Positions 44,584 through 54,182 of a DNA stretch of 64,000 bases are shown piece after piece; the stretch's first letter is position 1, and each line of letters begins with the position of its first letter. Under the pieces are notes generated by a model. That model was not told the origin of the DNA and ran no database searches. It worked only from the letters and a program-made list of their open reading frames with translations. Origin of the DNA: a virus. The translations under genes and the position numbers were made by a program. The stretch is taken from positions 215 to 64,214 of the IMG/VR virus record IMGVR_UViG_3300047160_015936; one strand, 5' to 3'.

Positions 44584-44661
44584 TGATGTTACTCTCTTTC
44601 AATGGTGTTACCCCTGCCACGACAGGATACCGGAAAGTCTCTTGCTTCTCGTGGGAAAACG

Positions 44662-44844
44662 TTAGTAAGCGATTGTCTTTGCGGTTTTCGCCGTCACTTT
44701 TACGGCTTTTACTGACGCCTTCGCCGAAGGCTTCACAACGTAATGATACGTCCCTTTCGTCGCGGCTTTGGCCGCACGATAGATTCCGGCATGAGCCGAA
44801 ACGGCAAAGACCAACACGGCGGTGACAATAAAAATCTTCTTCAT
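44662..44844 (-). CDS. Small secreted basic peptide
   Basis: MKKIFIVTAVLVFAVSAHA| then Lys/Ala/Val amphipathic helix. Confidence 0.6.
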   Translation of the reverse strand: MKKIFIVTAVLVFAVSAHAGIYRAAKAATKGTYHYVVKPSAKASVKAVKVTAKTAKTIAY

Positions 44845-44856
44845 CTTCCTTTTCTC

Positions 44857-45222
44857 CTAAACGTGGTCAGTTAATTGCGAATCTGACGGATACGCACGCA
44901 TGTACCTTCCGCCTTTGCTTCCGCGAGACGACGCTCCGGACTTCCCGCCAAACTGTTGCTTGTCCTTGTTCATCTTCGTCGTGTAACCGGAGTTGGGCGC
45001 GGCGTACTCCCCGCTGCCAATGCTCTTGGTGATGCTCGCGGCGTTACGCGGAAACGTCGAAGTCGCAACTTTCCTCGCGACCTTCTTGGCGACACTTCCG
45101 GCGTGTCCGCGCGAGAAACTCTCCGACGCTTTATTGAACTTTCGGGGAGCAAGTAACCCGAACCCGGTGTTACTCCGTGACTGCGCTTTTGGAGTAGTCT
45201 TACTCTTCGATGCAAGAGCCAT
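44857..45222 (-). CDS. Basic low-complexity protein
   Basis: K/R/S/G-rich, SD GAGGA. Confidence 0.6.
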   Translation of the reverse strand: MALASKSKTTPKAQSRSNTGFGLLAPRKFNKASESFSRGHAGSVAKKVARKVATSTFPRNAASITKSIGSGEYAAPNSGYTTKMNKDKQQFGGKSGASSRGSKGGRYMRAYPSDSQLTDHV

Positions 45223-45227
45223 AAAAT

Positions 45228-45434
45228 CTAATCCTCGTCTTCTTCTTTCGAGCCTACCTGCGCGAAACCGTTACGCGGTTTTCGTTTCGTCAGAGACGAC
45301 CGTCTCGTTGACGCAAAATCGTGCAAAGTGCTCTTAGATAAGTCTAGCAGACGGCGATTCTTGGAGTATAGTCGCTTGGGGCTGTAAAGCGCGGTAGCGA
45401 ATAAACGTCTTTGGGATTCTGAATTGGCAGGCAT
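45228..45434 (-). CDS. DUF3008-like small basic protein
   Basis: MPA.S..Q.R....AL...L.DFAST. Confidence 0.65.
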   Translation of the reverse strand: MPANSESQRRLFATALYSPKRLYSKNRRLLDLSKSTLHDFASTRRSSLTKRKPRNGFAQVGSKEEDED

Positions 45435-46045
45435 AAAGTATTTTGGAGATGATTCGCAATGCGACGGATATGCGCCACAAAAGCATAAGCAGAATGCCGC
45501 ATTTTCAAACGATTACAAACATGGCAGCACGAAACACAGTTGTTAACAACGTAACCTTTTGAGCTATCAAGGCGGTCAATGCCATTTACTCGAACTGTTT
45601 CATATTTTGTATGGACTTCCCGGCTGTTCTCAATTCCACAATACGAACATTGTTTCGTTACTAATTCCTTGAATTGTTCAAAAGATAAGTCAAATTCGAT
45701 TCCGCGAGCATAAGCGCCGGAACGATATGCTGCAAAATCTTTATGTAACGCTGGTTCGGAAATTCGATGAGGATCAGACATTTTTCGAATAACTTCTTCG
45801 GTGTATGTTGAACATCCACAACTAGTTGTTGTGCGACTATTTAACGCGGCAGCGGTACGCGCAACTTGTCTACCGCAATCGCATTGACATAGCCAAACGA
45901 TAGATTTCTTTTTTGTATGGTTTTGTCTTCGTGCTTCTAAGACAATAAGCTTGCCAAACCTTTTCCCAAGATTATTTTTCAATCCACGATGAAAAGTTTT
46001 TGGATCAACGGGTAGTGTTTGTGGTATTGCAATGTGTTTGGGCAT
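45344..46045 (-). CDS. HNH-type homing endonuclease
   Basis: GKRFGKL.V, WLCQCDCG, SCGC, CSYCG, NGIDRLDS..GY...NCVSCC..CN..K. Confidence 0.88.
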   Translation of the reverse strand: MPKHIAIPQTLPVDPKTFHRGLKNNLGKRFGKLIVLEARRQNHTKKKSIVWLCQCDCGRQVARTAAALNSRTTTSCGCSTYTEEVIRKMSDPHRISEPALHKDFAAYRSGAYARGIEFDLSFEQFKELVTKQCSYCGIENSREVHTKYETVRVNGIDRLDSSKGYVVNNCVSCCHVCNRLKMRHSAYAFVAHIRRIANHLQNTLCLPIQNPKDVYSLPRFTAPSDYTPRIAVC

Positions 46046-46050
46046 AAACG

Positions 46051-46323
46051 TTACTTCTTAATCGTCGAAAGAAAGGACTTCGATTCTTCTTTCTTGTCCA
46101 GCGACTTAGTCTGGCGGACGTAAGCGCAACAACCTCTTTCGACATTGACTCTCACGAGACCGTCTTTTGTACGACGGGCTTTTAACGCGGGGTCGGCCAA
46201 TACCGCCGGATGCTCGCACAAATCCACCCCGGTCAGGTGGCGACAATCGGCGCAGTGGTAAGGACCGTTTTCTGAGTACCCACTCACCGCCGTTCCTTCT
46301 TCGGCATAAAGAGAATCTGTCAT
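46051..46323 (-). CDS. Small Cys-rich protein
   Basis: Start ATG 46323 overlapping portal stop; CADC..C..GCC. Confidence 0.6.
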   Translation of the reverse strand: MTDSLYAEEGTAVSGYSENGPYHCADCRHLTGVDLCEHPAVLADPALKARRTKDGLVRVNVERGCCAYVRQTKSLDKKEESKSFLSTIKK

Positions 46324-48612
46324 TGTGGCGGTGCCTGTGCTTGAGGAATATTCAGGTTTGGCGCAGCGATGTCCGGAGTCTGGGCATTCTTGAACTTTCC
46401 GTCCGTGCCTAGCCGTTGATCCGGCGCTTCGGCACCGTCCGGCATCTGTCCGCCCATCGACGTCGGCGTCTGCGTGAGGTTCTGCTTCACCCCGGCAGCG
46501 ATTTGCGCCTCCGCCGAAGACATCTCCGTCATCATCGGCTCGTTCGGGTCCACGCCGAGACTTTGGAAAGCCACTTGTCTCGCGACAATATCCGCAACGG
46601 TCGCCTTGATGTGATCGTACCAAATCTGCTTCTGGTCAATAGGCAACGTCTTGAACTCGTCTGTCTTCGCAAAGTCCGTGTGTTGAATCAGGTGTACCTG
46701 ACTGTTTTGGACTAACGGAACCAGCTCCGGCGGAGCACCCGAAGTGAGAAACGCATCGGCTTCTTTTACGGCTTCGCGAACGTCGAGATCGACTGAGCCT
46801 TTGATCTTGGTCTCGCCGAAGATTTCCAAAATCCGCCAATTCTGTTCCGGATCGGCGGGGTTGATAACCCCAAACTGCGCGAGCTGCGCCAGCGTCGCCC
46901 GTTCCGTCGCCTGACTCTTCGGGAAGAGTGAGTTGTAGTCGATGACGACGTTCACCGCTCCCTGAAGGTCACTCTTCATAAACTTCATCGTCTCCCATTG
47001 TTTGTTCCGTCCGGCCATGACACGAATCCGCGTATCGTCCCAATTCGCCCGCGCAAGTTCGAGTTGCTGCTCTTCGAAGCACTTCCAACCCTTCGCCCAA
47101 GCTTGCACGAACGGCGAGAGCGCCTTTTGGCCCTTTTCACCGAGGAAGGCAAGAGCTGACGCTGCGGTTACGCCGGGAGGCGCTTGACCAGACTCAAGAT
47201 AAAACGTCCCCGCAAGCCGCTCCATCTGATCGTCGAGCATTTTAATGAGAATCAGCATCGGTTGGACGTTACTCAGCTCCGCCGGAATACGTTCGGGTTT
47301 CGCGAACGACGTTCCGCCAAGCGAAACCGGGTTATACTTTACAACCTGTCCCGGCTCACCGGTGAGCGCGTCAACACCGGAACCCTTGGGGTCTAACCAA
47401 ATCGCATTGCCCATACGCTGAGCCGTCAGACGCAAATTCGCCTCAACGGTGTTACGAAACATCTGCGGAGCAATGAGGTCGTCCATGCGCGTCTTGCGCC
47501 AGAACCGTCCCGGAACGACGTCAAACCCGAATTGATTCAACGGGAGAAACTTCTGTCCTTTGCGTACTCCGGAACCATACTCCGTCGGCAGCTCATCGGC
47601 CTCAACGACATTCATCGTTCCTTGCCCGAGACGGACCGCGCGAAGACCGTCCGGGAAGTCCTCCGAGGGAAGTTCGTAGAACTCATAAACGGTAACTTTG
47701 GGGTTCTTCGGTGAGAACGGCGCTCCGCCGATGAAGCCCCCGGAGGCCGAAAAAGACCCTGTCACGTGAGCAAGAACGTCAAGATAATATTGACTGAGAT
47801 CGTTCCCGAAATCCGCCGTGATGCTGTCGGCGTAATCCGGCCAAGTCTCCTTGGCATAATCAAGATCATACCGACGGAGCCGGACAAACCGATGCTGTTC
47901 TTCCCACGTCCGAATCCGGTGATCTAACCGAATCTCAAATGGCGAGCAAACGTCGGTGTTCAGTGAGCCGATTGGTAACTCCTGCGTTCCCGGCGTCACC
48001 GGTCCTTGCTGGCACACCGGACAGCCCCCGAGGAGACGTGCTTGCGCCTGCATCTCCGGCTGAGTGATGAACTCGCCGCAGTTTTGACACGAGAGTCCTT
48101 CAACCGTCACAGTTCCGTAACGTTTGTCAAAGTCGTAGTAGTTAATGAGAAAGGCGTTCCCGGTGAGGACTAACCACGACGCGAGTTCTTCTTCTTTCGA
48201 CTCTACCCGGCATTCTTCATAGAAGACTTCACGGACACGCTCACATATCTCTGCCGTAGACTGAGACGCGGGGTCATCATTCGCCGGACGGTAATTAATC
48301 GCGCGGTTCGTCTGCAACAACGCCGTCTTGAGGTCGTTGGCGACTTTCTGAAACGTGTTCGTCTGGGCGCGCGGGAACCACGCCGGGAGAATACGATTCC
48401 TCCAGCGGCCACGTTCAAATATGATCCACTGTTGCCCTACTGCGAACAAAATATTACGAAACCAATCTTTCCCTTTCAAAGAGCGCCCTTTGATAACGAT
48501 CCGTACTCAAGCAACGATCAATACGGCTCGAAATCGCAAGACGATCCTCGAAAGGGTCATCGGTTTTTGGTTTCACTTCGTAATTCAAAAGTTCATTATA
48601 TGACGGTTCCAT
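46320..48612 (-). CDS. Portal protein (apparent +1 frameshift near 48470)
   Basis: W.RNI.F..GQQW, TGNAF, SPFEI, Gln/Pro-rich tail; SD-bearing 52-codon ORF 48612-48454 supplies the N-terminus. Confidence 0.85.
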
Positions 48613-49063
48613 GTGAAACTACTTCCTCCTCTCCCTCGCTTTTAATCGAGAGATTCGGCAAAAGGCCGCAGAAATTTTTAGCTTCAACTTCATGAGGACA
48701 GTAACCAAGTCTGCCCTTCGCAAAATTACAATTCAGACAAAGAATCTCGATTGACTCGGGAAAGGAATTGTCAATGATCCAACGATAGGTTCCCTCACCG
48801 CCAAGACGATGCGGAGTTCCGTGCATATTCCGCCAACCATGTTTATGTTCAATGGTTAGAAAAATCTCACGAGTCTCACCACAACATTTACAAATCCAAC
48901 CATAGTGGTCGTAAACTTGCTTTTTATATGCGACTAGCTTTTCAGCGTGAACTTGTTTCTGTCGCTCGCGACATTTTGCACAGCAAGTTCTATCGGTTCG
49001 ATCTTTCGATTCTCCACATTCGATACAAAGACCGGCTTGTCTTCGATTGATTTTGAATGGCAT
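48596..49063 (-). CDS. HNH homing endonuclease
   Basis: CIECG; YG..CKCCGE....LTIEH...ILCLNCN. Confidence 0.85.
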   Translation of the reverse strand: MPFKINRRQAGLCIECGESKDRTDRTCCAKCRERQKQVHAEKLVAYKKQVYDHYGWICKCCGETREIFLTIEHKHGWRNMHGTPHRLGGEGTYRWIIDNSFPESIEILCLNCNFAKGRLGYCPHEVEAKNFCGLLPNLSIKSEGEEEVVSHGTVI

Positions 49064-49088
49064 TTGCGAAATGACGCGTCGGTTGACT

Positions 49089-49379
49089 TTAGGTTTCTTT
49101 GCCAGCAATTTCGGGTTCCTCTTTTGGTGATAGGGTTTCCTCACTCGCCTCAGAATAAATTTCCCAAACCTGTCGTTGCTGTTTCTCGAACGCGTCTTTC
49201 GCTTCCGCAAAAGCGTCACGTTCTTTCTTTACCGCATTGTCGGAGATTGGCGACGCGCCGAGATAGGCGATAAGCGAATCTGCGGCTCGGTCGGCGCGTT
49301 CGCGTTCGGTCTCCGCCTTCGCACGATAAAACGCCAATTCTCGCTGAAGATACTCGTATTCTCGTTTATTAATCCACAC
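49089..49379 (-). CDS. Coiled-coil hypothetical protein
   Basis: Between TerL and portal. Confidence 0.65.
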   Translation of the reverse strand: MWINKREYEYLQRELAFYRAKAETERERADRAADSLIAYLGASPISDNAVKKERDAFAEAKDAFEKQQRQVWEIYSEASEETLSPKEEPEIAGKET

Positions 49380-49385
49380 GAAGAG

Positions 49386-49568
49386 TCACAGGTTTCGCAG
49401 AAAATCCACAAGCAGAATGCCGAAGACAAACACGCTGAACGAAAACCACACTTGCAATCCCGTTCTTTGCCAGAACGAGTAATCGAGGTCGCAAAGTGAG
49501 AGCACAACCAGAGACCAAAGAGACCCCAAGAAAAGCAAAAACACGGCAAGGAGGATCAAAAAAGGCAT
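49386..49568 (-). CDS. Small two-TM membrane protein
   Basis: Hydrophobic 60 aa. Confidence 0.5.
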   Translation of the reverse strand: MPFLILLAVFLLFLGSLWSLVVLSLCDLDYSFWQRTGLQVWFSFSVFVFGILLVDFLRNL

Positions 49569-49571
49569 CGT

Positions 49572-52082
49572 CTATCCTTCCCACTCAATTCTACCACCGA
49601 CGAAGACACTATCGCTACCCGGATCGTCATCGACGAAGTCTTGCAGAGACTCGCGGAGAAGCTGACCCCCCTGCTTCTTCTGCTGACGTTGCTCGATACG
49701 TCTGTCGAGGTCTGCGTAAGCTTTCGCCGAGAGAGGATCGACTGCTTGAAGATGCGCGAGACGCGCATTCGTTTTTGGTAGCTCGCTCACACGCGGACGT
49801 GCGAAAACACCATAACGAATCGACTCCATGATGTCGTATCTCTCGTCTTTCGTCTTCTTCCACGTGTTGACTTTGTTTTCGTCCCACGTGAGACTTTTGT
49901 ATTCTTCTTTTAAATCCGTTAAGTCGTCGAAGATGAACAGTCGCGGAGACGGTTTTGGTTTCCCTTCGGCGTCTACCCCGAACTTCCCCCACCACTCCGG
50001 GGACTGCGTGTCTTTTACCCATGACGGCAAAGCGTTGCTCGGCGCGACGTGTAAGTATTCGCCTAACTGAATCGTCCCCGGCACGAGTGCCTTACGCGCA
50101 GGCTGACAATGAATGCCTTGTTCCGAAAGTTCCAACATCGCCAGCTTGTTCTCAGGATCAATCACGAACGTCGTCCGGGCATAGTCATTCCACGGAGTGT
50201 TCTCTTTCAACCACCGTACAATCGTCGAACTATTCACTCCGGGTTCCTTATACGTATTCACGACGACAAGGTAACCCTTCTCGTCCACGGCCATATCGCT
50301 GATCCCCCACGGACACTCACCGCCGACATCGATAGTGACGATCCTGTTCCAATGATTCGGAATCGCGAAGCGTTTGATGTTATGCACGCTCCACGGGGTG
50401 AGTTCTTTGAAGATACGTCCGGAGAAGTCGTCGAACGAACCGTAAATGTAACGTCTCACCCAATCCGGCGGGGACTGACGGATGATCGTGTCGAAGTAAT
50501 CGTCGGCGACAAACCCGCCCTTGCTCTCCCGATTAGCTTCTGAGCTGACCATCATGCTCATGATTTCGCCCCGGCGCTGCACGCGTTGTATCTCCCCGGC
50601 GTCGAGATCGCGGCAATCCGGGAAGAACTGTTTTTGTAACCAGTCATGCCCGTTCGGGTTCATCGCAGCGAAACCGAACTTTCTCGCCGCGCGCGGGTTA
50701 CGTAACCGTCCGACCATCGTCATCCAATGCGGTTCTTCCATTTCCTCAACTTGGTCGAGAAAGAACCAGCCGAGGTTCGCGCCGACGCGCCGTGACTTCG
50801 TCCCGGCTTTGCTGTCATGAATATGCCGGAAGAAAATCATCGAACCGTTTGTCAACGTCACAACCTGAGTCTTCTTCGCGTAACTGCGTATCCAGTTACT
50901 CGGACAGGTTTCAAAAAACACCGGAATTGTCGAGTCGAGAAGGTCGCTCGCATGGTAACGTCCGACGATGCCTTGATTGCCGGGATAAGCGGCGGAGAGA
51001 ACGAGTCCTTTGATAATCCCGGCTTTGCTCTTACCGCTATTGTGATGGTACAACCCTTGCGCGGAATAATGCTCAGCAAAAGGCACGGAAAGATCGTAAA
51101 AGTCTCCATTCTCAACGTAAGTAATTTCTGAAATGATGTCCCAAAATGTGTTAGAATAATTAAATGCGTCGTTACTCTGTTTCTCGTTTGAAACCCATTC
51201 CGAAAGAGCAGCTTTTAGCCGCGTTGGAAACTTGCACAACTGCTGGACAAATCGGCGAACGCTTAGGCTTTGTTCGGGAAACGATTGTAAAACACTTGAA
51301 ATATCATGGCATTCCCATTCCTCGCTTTGAGAGTTGGTACGACACATTACCTGTGGAGGAAATTGCTTCTCGTTACCTTGCAGGAGAAGATTGTGGGCAA
51401 ATCGCCGAAAGCTACAAGGATTTAATTCCCAAAGGTATAAAAAAACCTCAAGAAGCCATTCGCGTTGTTTTAAAACGCAGGGGAATTCAGCGTCGGCGAT
51501 ATTCTGCCATCGCGGTTGGCGAAAAGAATTATCAATGGAAAGGTGGGAACCGAATAACACCCATGCACTATCATCGCAGACAGTCCTACGAAGTTGCAGC
51601 AATTTGTCTTGGAAAGCCACTTCCGTCGGGTGCGGTAATTCATCATCTCGACGAGAATCCGTACAACAATAACCCCGAAAATCTGATCGTTTTCCCCACG
51701 CAAAAGAACCACGCTCGTTATCATCAGCAGCTATTGGTGATCCGACGGAAAGGTCTCGAAGTTTCGACCATCCGGTTAGCGTTAGAAAACGGTGGTCAAG
51801 AGTTACATCGACCTGACGGCCTGAAAGGGTGCGAACTCTATACAAATCCGCCCGACCTTTCAGATAAGGATTTGAGGGGCGGCAGAGGCCGAAAAGAGTG
51901 GAGAGTTCCTCCTGCCGACGTTCCGCAATCGGAATCCCGCCAATAAGAGTTTCTCCGGCAACACAACCCCACCCGCTACTGACGACGCTAAGCTTCTCCG
52001 GCGAGAAAATCCAATCCTTCTGCCAAGGCAAAAGCTTAATGGTGAGGTCTGCGACGTTCACGTTATTCTGCGGTAACGTCAT
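49572..52082 (-). CDS. terL: Terminase large subunit, intein-containing
   Basis: PWQ, Walker A GWG|SGKS split by the intein, FFLDQVEE, MNP, TIDVG, YDIMESIRY. Confidence 0.93.
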   Translation of the reverse strand: MTLPQNNVNVADLTIKLLPWQKDWIFSPEKLSVVSSGWGCVAGETLIGGIPIAERRQEELSTLFGLCRPSNPYLKGRADLYRVRTLSGRQVDVTLDHRFLTLTGWSKLRDLSVGSPIAADDNERGSFAWGKRSDFRGYCCTDSRRDDELPHPTEVAFQDKLLQLRRTVCDDSAWVLFGSHLSIDNSFRQPRWQNIADAEFPCVLKQREWLLEVFLYLWELNPCSFRRFAHNLLLQGNEKQFPPQVMCRTNSQSEEWECHDISSVLQSFPEQSLSVRRFVQQLCKFPTRLKAALSEWVSNEKQSNDAFNYSNTFWDIISEITYVENGDFYDLSVPFAEHYSAQGLYHHNSGKSKAGIIKGLVLSAAYPGNQGIVGRYHASDLLDSTIPVFFETCPSNWIRSYAKKTQVVTLTNGSMIFFRHIHDSKAGTKSRRVGANLGWFFLDQVEEMEEPHWMTMVGRLRNPRAARKFGFAAMNPNGHDWLQKQFFPDCRDLDAGEIQRVQRRGEIMSMMVSSEANRESKGGFVADDYFDTIIRQSPPDWVRRYIYGSFDDFSGRIFKELTPWSVHNIKRFAIPNHWNRIVTIDVGGECPWGISDMAVDEKGYLVVVNTYKEPGVNSSTIVRWLKENTPWNDYARTTFVIDPENKLAMLELSEQGIHCQPARKALVPGTIQLGEYLHVAPSNALPSWVKDTQSPEWWGKFGVDAEGKPKPSPRLFIFDDLTDLKEEYKSLTWDENKVNTWKKTKDERYDIMESIRYGVFARPRVSELPKTNARLAHLQAVDPLSAKAYADLDRRIEQRQQKKQGGQLLRESLQDFVDDDPGSDSVFVGGRIEWEG
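51147..51157 (+). promoter_or_regulatory. Extended -10 promoter for the antisense HNH (leaderless)
   Basis: TGTGTTAGAAT, ATG 7 nt downstream at 51164. Confidence 0.65.
51164..51946 (+). CDS. HNH homing endonuclease encoded antisense inside the TerL intein
   Basis: Two HTH units, GEKNYQWKGG, LGKPL....VIHHLDENPYNNNPENL.VF..Q..HARYH. Confidence 0.88.
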   Translation: MRRYSVSRLKPIPKEQLLAALETCTTAGQIGERLGFVRETIVKHLKYHGIPIPRFESWYDTLPVEEIASRYLAGEDCGQIAESYKDLIPKGIKKPQEAIRVVLKRRGIQRRRYSAIAVGEKNYQWKGGNRITPMHYHRRQSYEVAAICLGKPLPSGAVIHHLDENPYNNNPENLIVFPTQKNHARYHQQLLVIRRKGLEVSTIRLALENGGQELHRPDGLKGCELYTNPPDLSDKDLRGGRGRKEWRVPPADVPQSESRQ

Positions 52083-52233
52083 GATAATGTCTTCGGTGTC
52101 TCAGGAGGTCGGCGAGAGCACAGTGGAGGAGGACCATGCTCTCGCCGTTCTTGCGGGAGGAGGGAGGAGGAGATGAGCGAGAAGGGTAAGAGCGGATGCT
52201 CGGGCGCAACGCCTTCTCACTCGGAAGAAAAAC

Positions 52234-53172
52234 CTAAAACGGGTTGCTTTGAAAGTGACAATACCCACCGGGGGATTGCACGATCTGCGCAGCCGCAGCG
52301 GATTGGGCATACACTTGCTGGTACAAAATCACTTTATTATCGGTATTGAAAATAACCGGAGTGTTCAGGGCGATATTCTCACTGAAAAACGCACCGGCGG
52401 TTGTCGTGCCCAGATTTGCCGAACCAACCACGGGAGTTACCGTAACCGCACCGAGAGATGCGGGGGTAACCGTTGAGGGTGTCTCACTCGTTCCGGGGGC
52501 CGGGAGAGTAATCGTATTCAACGTCGGAGCACCCAGAGACGTCAACGCAGTCGTCTGAATTCCGTACAAAATCGTGCAGTCGTTCAAGGTTGAGCCTTTG
52601 CCGGTCGTCAGACGTGACGGCACCGGAATCCAACACGTAAGGGTGTCGTTTGTCGCGCCCGCGCCGCTTGTCTGCGCCTGCACAGTGGGAACGAAACTCG
52701 CTCCGGTCGCCGTGAGACCATTCGTACCGGTCGGCGTCCCTGAAGCGTTCCACGCGCACGCCCCGGCGGGAAAGTACAGCAAGTTATCCGTCGCAGCAGC
52801 CGTGGCGTTACTTGTCGGGTTAGCATCTGGCGGAACGATGATGTTTTGTGTAAACGCGCCGAGAGCGTTGTTCGCCGTCACGGTGCTCCATTGAATCTGA
52901 TAAATCCCCGGAGCGGCGAAAAAACTTACGCTTGATTGTAAACCAATCGCGACGGGTTGAGAGATCGTGGTGTTTCCGGCTTTGTCCGAAGTGATCGTGA
53001 TCGTCGGCGAGATCGGGTTACCCGAAGCCGCTGCCGTACCGACGCGGAACTGTGACGGGTAGTTCAAATATGCTGTTGGAACCTGTACGGTGACAAACCC
53101 TTGCTGCGCGAACGCCGAAAGACCACACAACGTGATCATCGCGGCGATCAGTGTCTTGATAAAATTTTTCAT
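52234..53172 (-). CDS. Beta-rich virion-like protein with Sec signal peptide
   Basis: MKNFIKTLIAAMITLCGLSAFA|QQ; Thr/Ala/Gly-rich. Confidence 0.75.
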   Translation of the reverse strand: MKNFIKTLIAAMITLCGLSAFAQQGFVTVQVPTAYLNYPSQFRVGTAAASGNPISPTITITSDKAGNTTISQPVAIGLQSSVSFFAAPGIYQIQWSTVTANNALGAFTQNIIVPPDANPTSNATAAATDNLLYFPAGACAWNASGTPTGTNGLTATGASFVPTVQAQTSGAGATNDTLTCWIPVPSRLTTGKGSTLNDCTILYGIQTTALTSLGAPTLNTITLPAPGTSETPSTVTPASLGAVTVTPVVGSANLGTTTAGAFFSENIALNTPVIFNTDNKVILYQQVYAQSAAAAQIVQSPGGYCHFQSNPF

Positions 53173-53249
53173 TGTCTTCTCTTCTTCTCCTGTGACAGCG
53201 TCACAGAGATAATTATAATGAACTTCTCTGGTCTTGGTATAGCCGAGAG

Positions 53250-53549
53250 CTAATACAACCCGGCGTTGTGCGAAAGTCCGATACTCCCGAAACCCTTCCC
53301 CGCGCGTCTTTTCGTGTCCGAAGTTTGGAAGAGGCTTGGTGCGCCTCCCTTAAACGGAGCCATCGGAGCGGCGGTGAGGGGTTTTAACGGTTCGCCCAGA
53401 GACGAGAGACTTCCGACATCGGCGGTCGCACGAGGCATCGACTCTCCGGCGTCTTCGGGCATTTTCACCCTCGGAGGACCGATGACAGGACCAGCGGGTT
53501 TCGGGACCGCTTGTCCGAGTCTGGTGAAACGATTCTGATAAGAAGGCAT
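53250..53549 (-). CDS. Hypothetical protein
   Basis: SD AGGAG. Confidence 0.55.
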   Translation of the reverse strand: MPSYQNRFTRLGQAVPKPAGPVIGPPRVKMPEDAGESMPRATADVGSLSSLGEPLKPLTAAPMAPFKGGAPSLFQTSDTKRRAGKGFGSIGLSHNAGLY

Positions 53550-53561
53550 AAACGGTTACTC

Positions 53562-53795
53562 CTAATACGGTGAACTTGTCCAGAAAGAATTCTGCGGACG
53601 TTTCGGCAGCGTTCGTGAGCGTCGCGAGAGATCAGTATACGCCATTTGCTGCTTCGCGATTGGCGAGTCCGCTGACGCGAAACCCACTTGTGGGTCTCCG
53701 TTAGACATTCTGTCGCCGTCTTGGCGGTTATCGTCTGTGTCACCGATTTGCGCGAACCCACGACGTTGCCGCGCGAGCTGACGTTGGGGGAACAC
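53562..53795 (-). CDS. Hypothetical protein
   Basis: Abuts the upstream gene. Confidence 0.5.
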   Translation of the reverse strand: MFPQRQLARQRRGFAQIGDTDDNRQDGDRMSNGDPQVGFASADSPIAKQQMAYTDLSRRSRTLPKRPQNSFWTSSPY

Positions 53796-54092
53796 TTACT
53801 GCACCGTTCCGTCGGGCGACTCCGGAGACTCCGACGACTTTACGCCCATCTTCTTGAGTCCCTCGTCAAGCCCGTCAATCTGCAACGGTTTTGGCTGTTC
53901 CGCCGCGCGGTCTTCTTGAGCCAGAAACGCCTTACCGAGAAGTAACGCCGCAGCTCTGGCGCGGTCTTTGTCGCCGTGGTTAACCCAATCCCACATGGTT
54001 CGCCAGAAGCGGTTACGCGAAGACGCGTCGAGACCAAACGTCGTCGTCATCTCACGCACCTGTTCCAACGTCTCTTGACGAAGACTCTTCAT
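53796..54092 (-). CDS. Possible terminase small subunit
   Basis: First gene of the late arm; helical RARAAALLLGK. Confidence 0.45.
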   Translation of the reverse strand: MKSLRQETLEQVREMTTTFGLDASSRNRFWRTMWDWVNHGDKDRARAAALLLGKAFLAQEDRAAEQPKPLQIDGLDEGLKKMGVKSSESPESPDGTVQ

Positions 54093-54182
54093 GTAATTAT
54101 GTTAGCAAACTTTGCGGAGGGAGGTATAGCTGGGAGTTAAAAAGACTCTTTGGTGTGGTATCCTTAAACTCAAGAGTCTCAC

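Larger units (their letters stand above)
51039..51965 (-). mobile_element. Intein (309 aa) in TerL Walker A
   Basis: G|CVAGETLI, block B VTLDHRFLT..GW, block F FYDLSVP, block G HHN|S. Confidence 0.93.

Noticed and set aside
48467-48473. Lambda-type -1 slippery site GGGAAAG in the portal gene
   Set aside because: The upstream ORF is in the wrong frame for a -1 slip, and the required zero frame has a TGA just before it.
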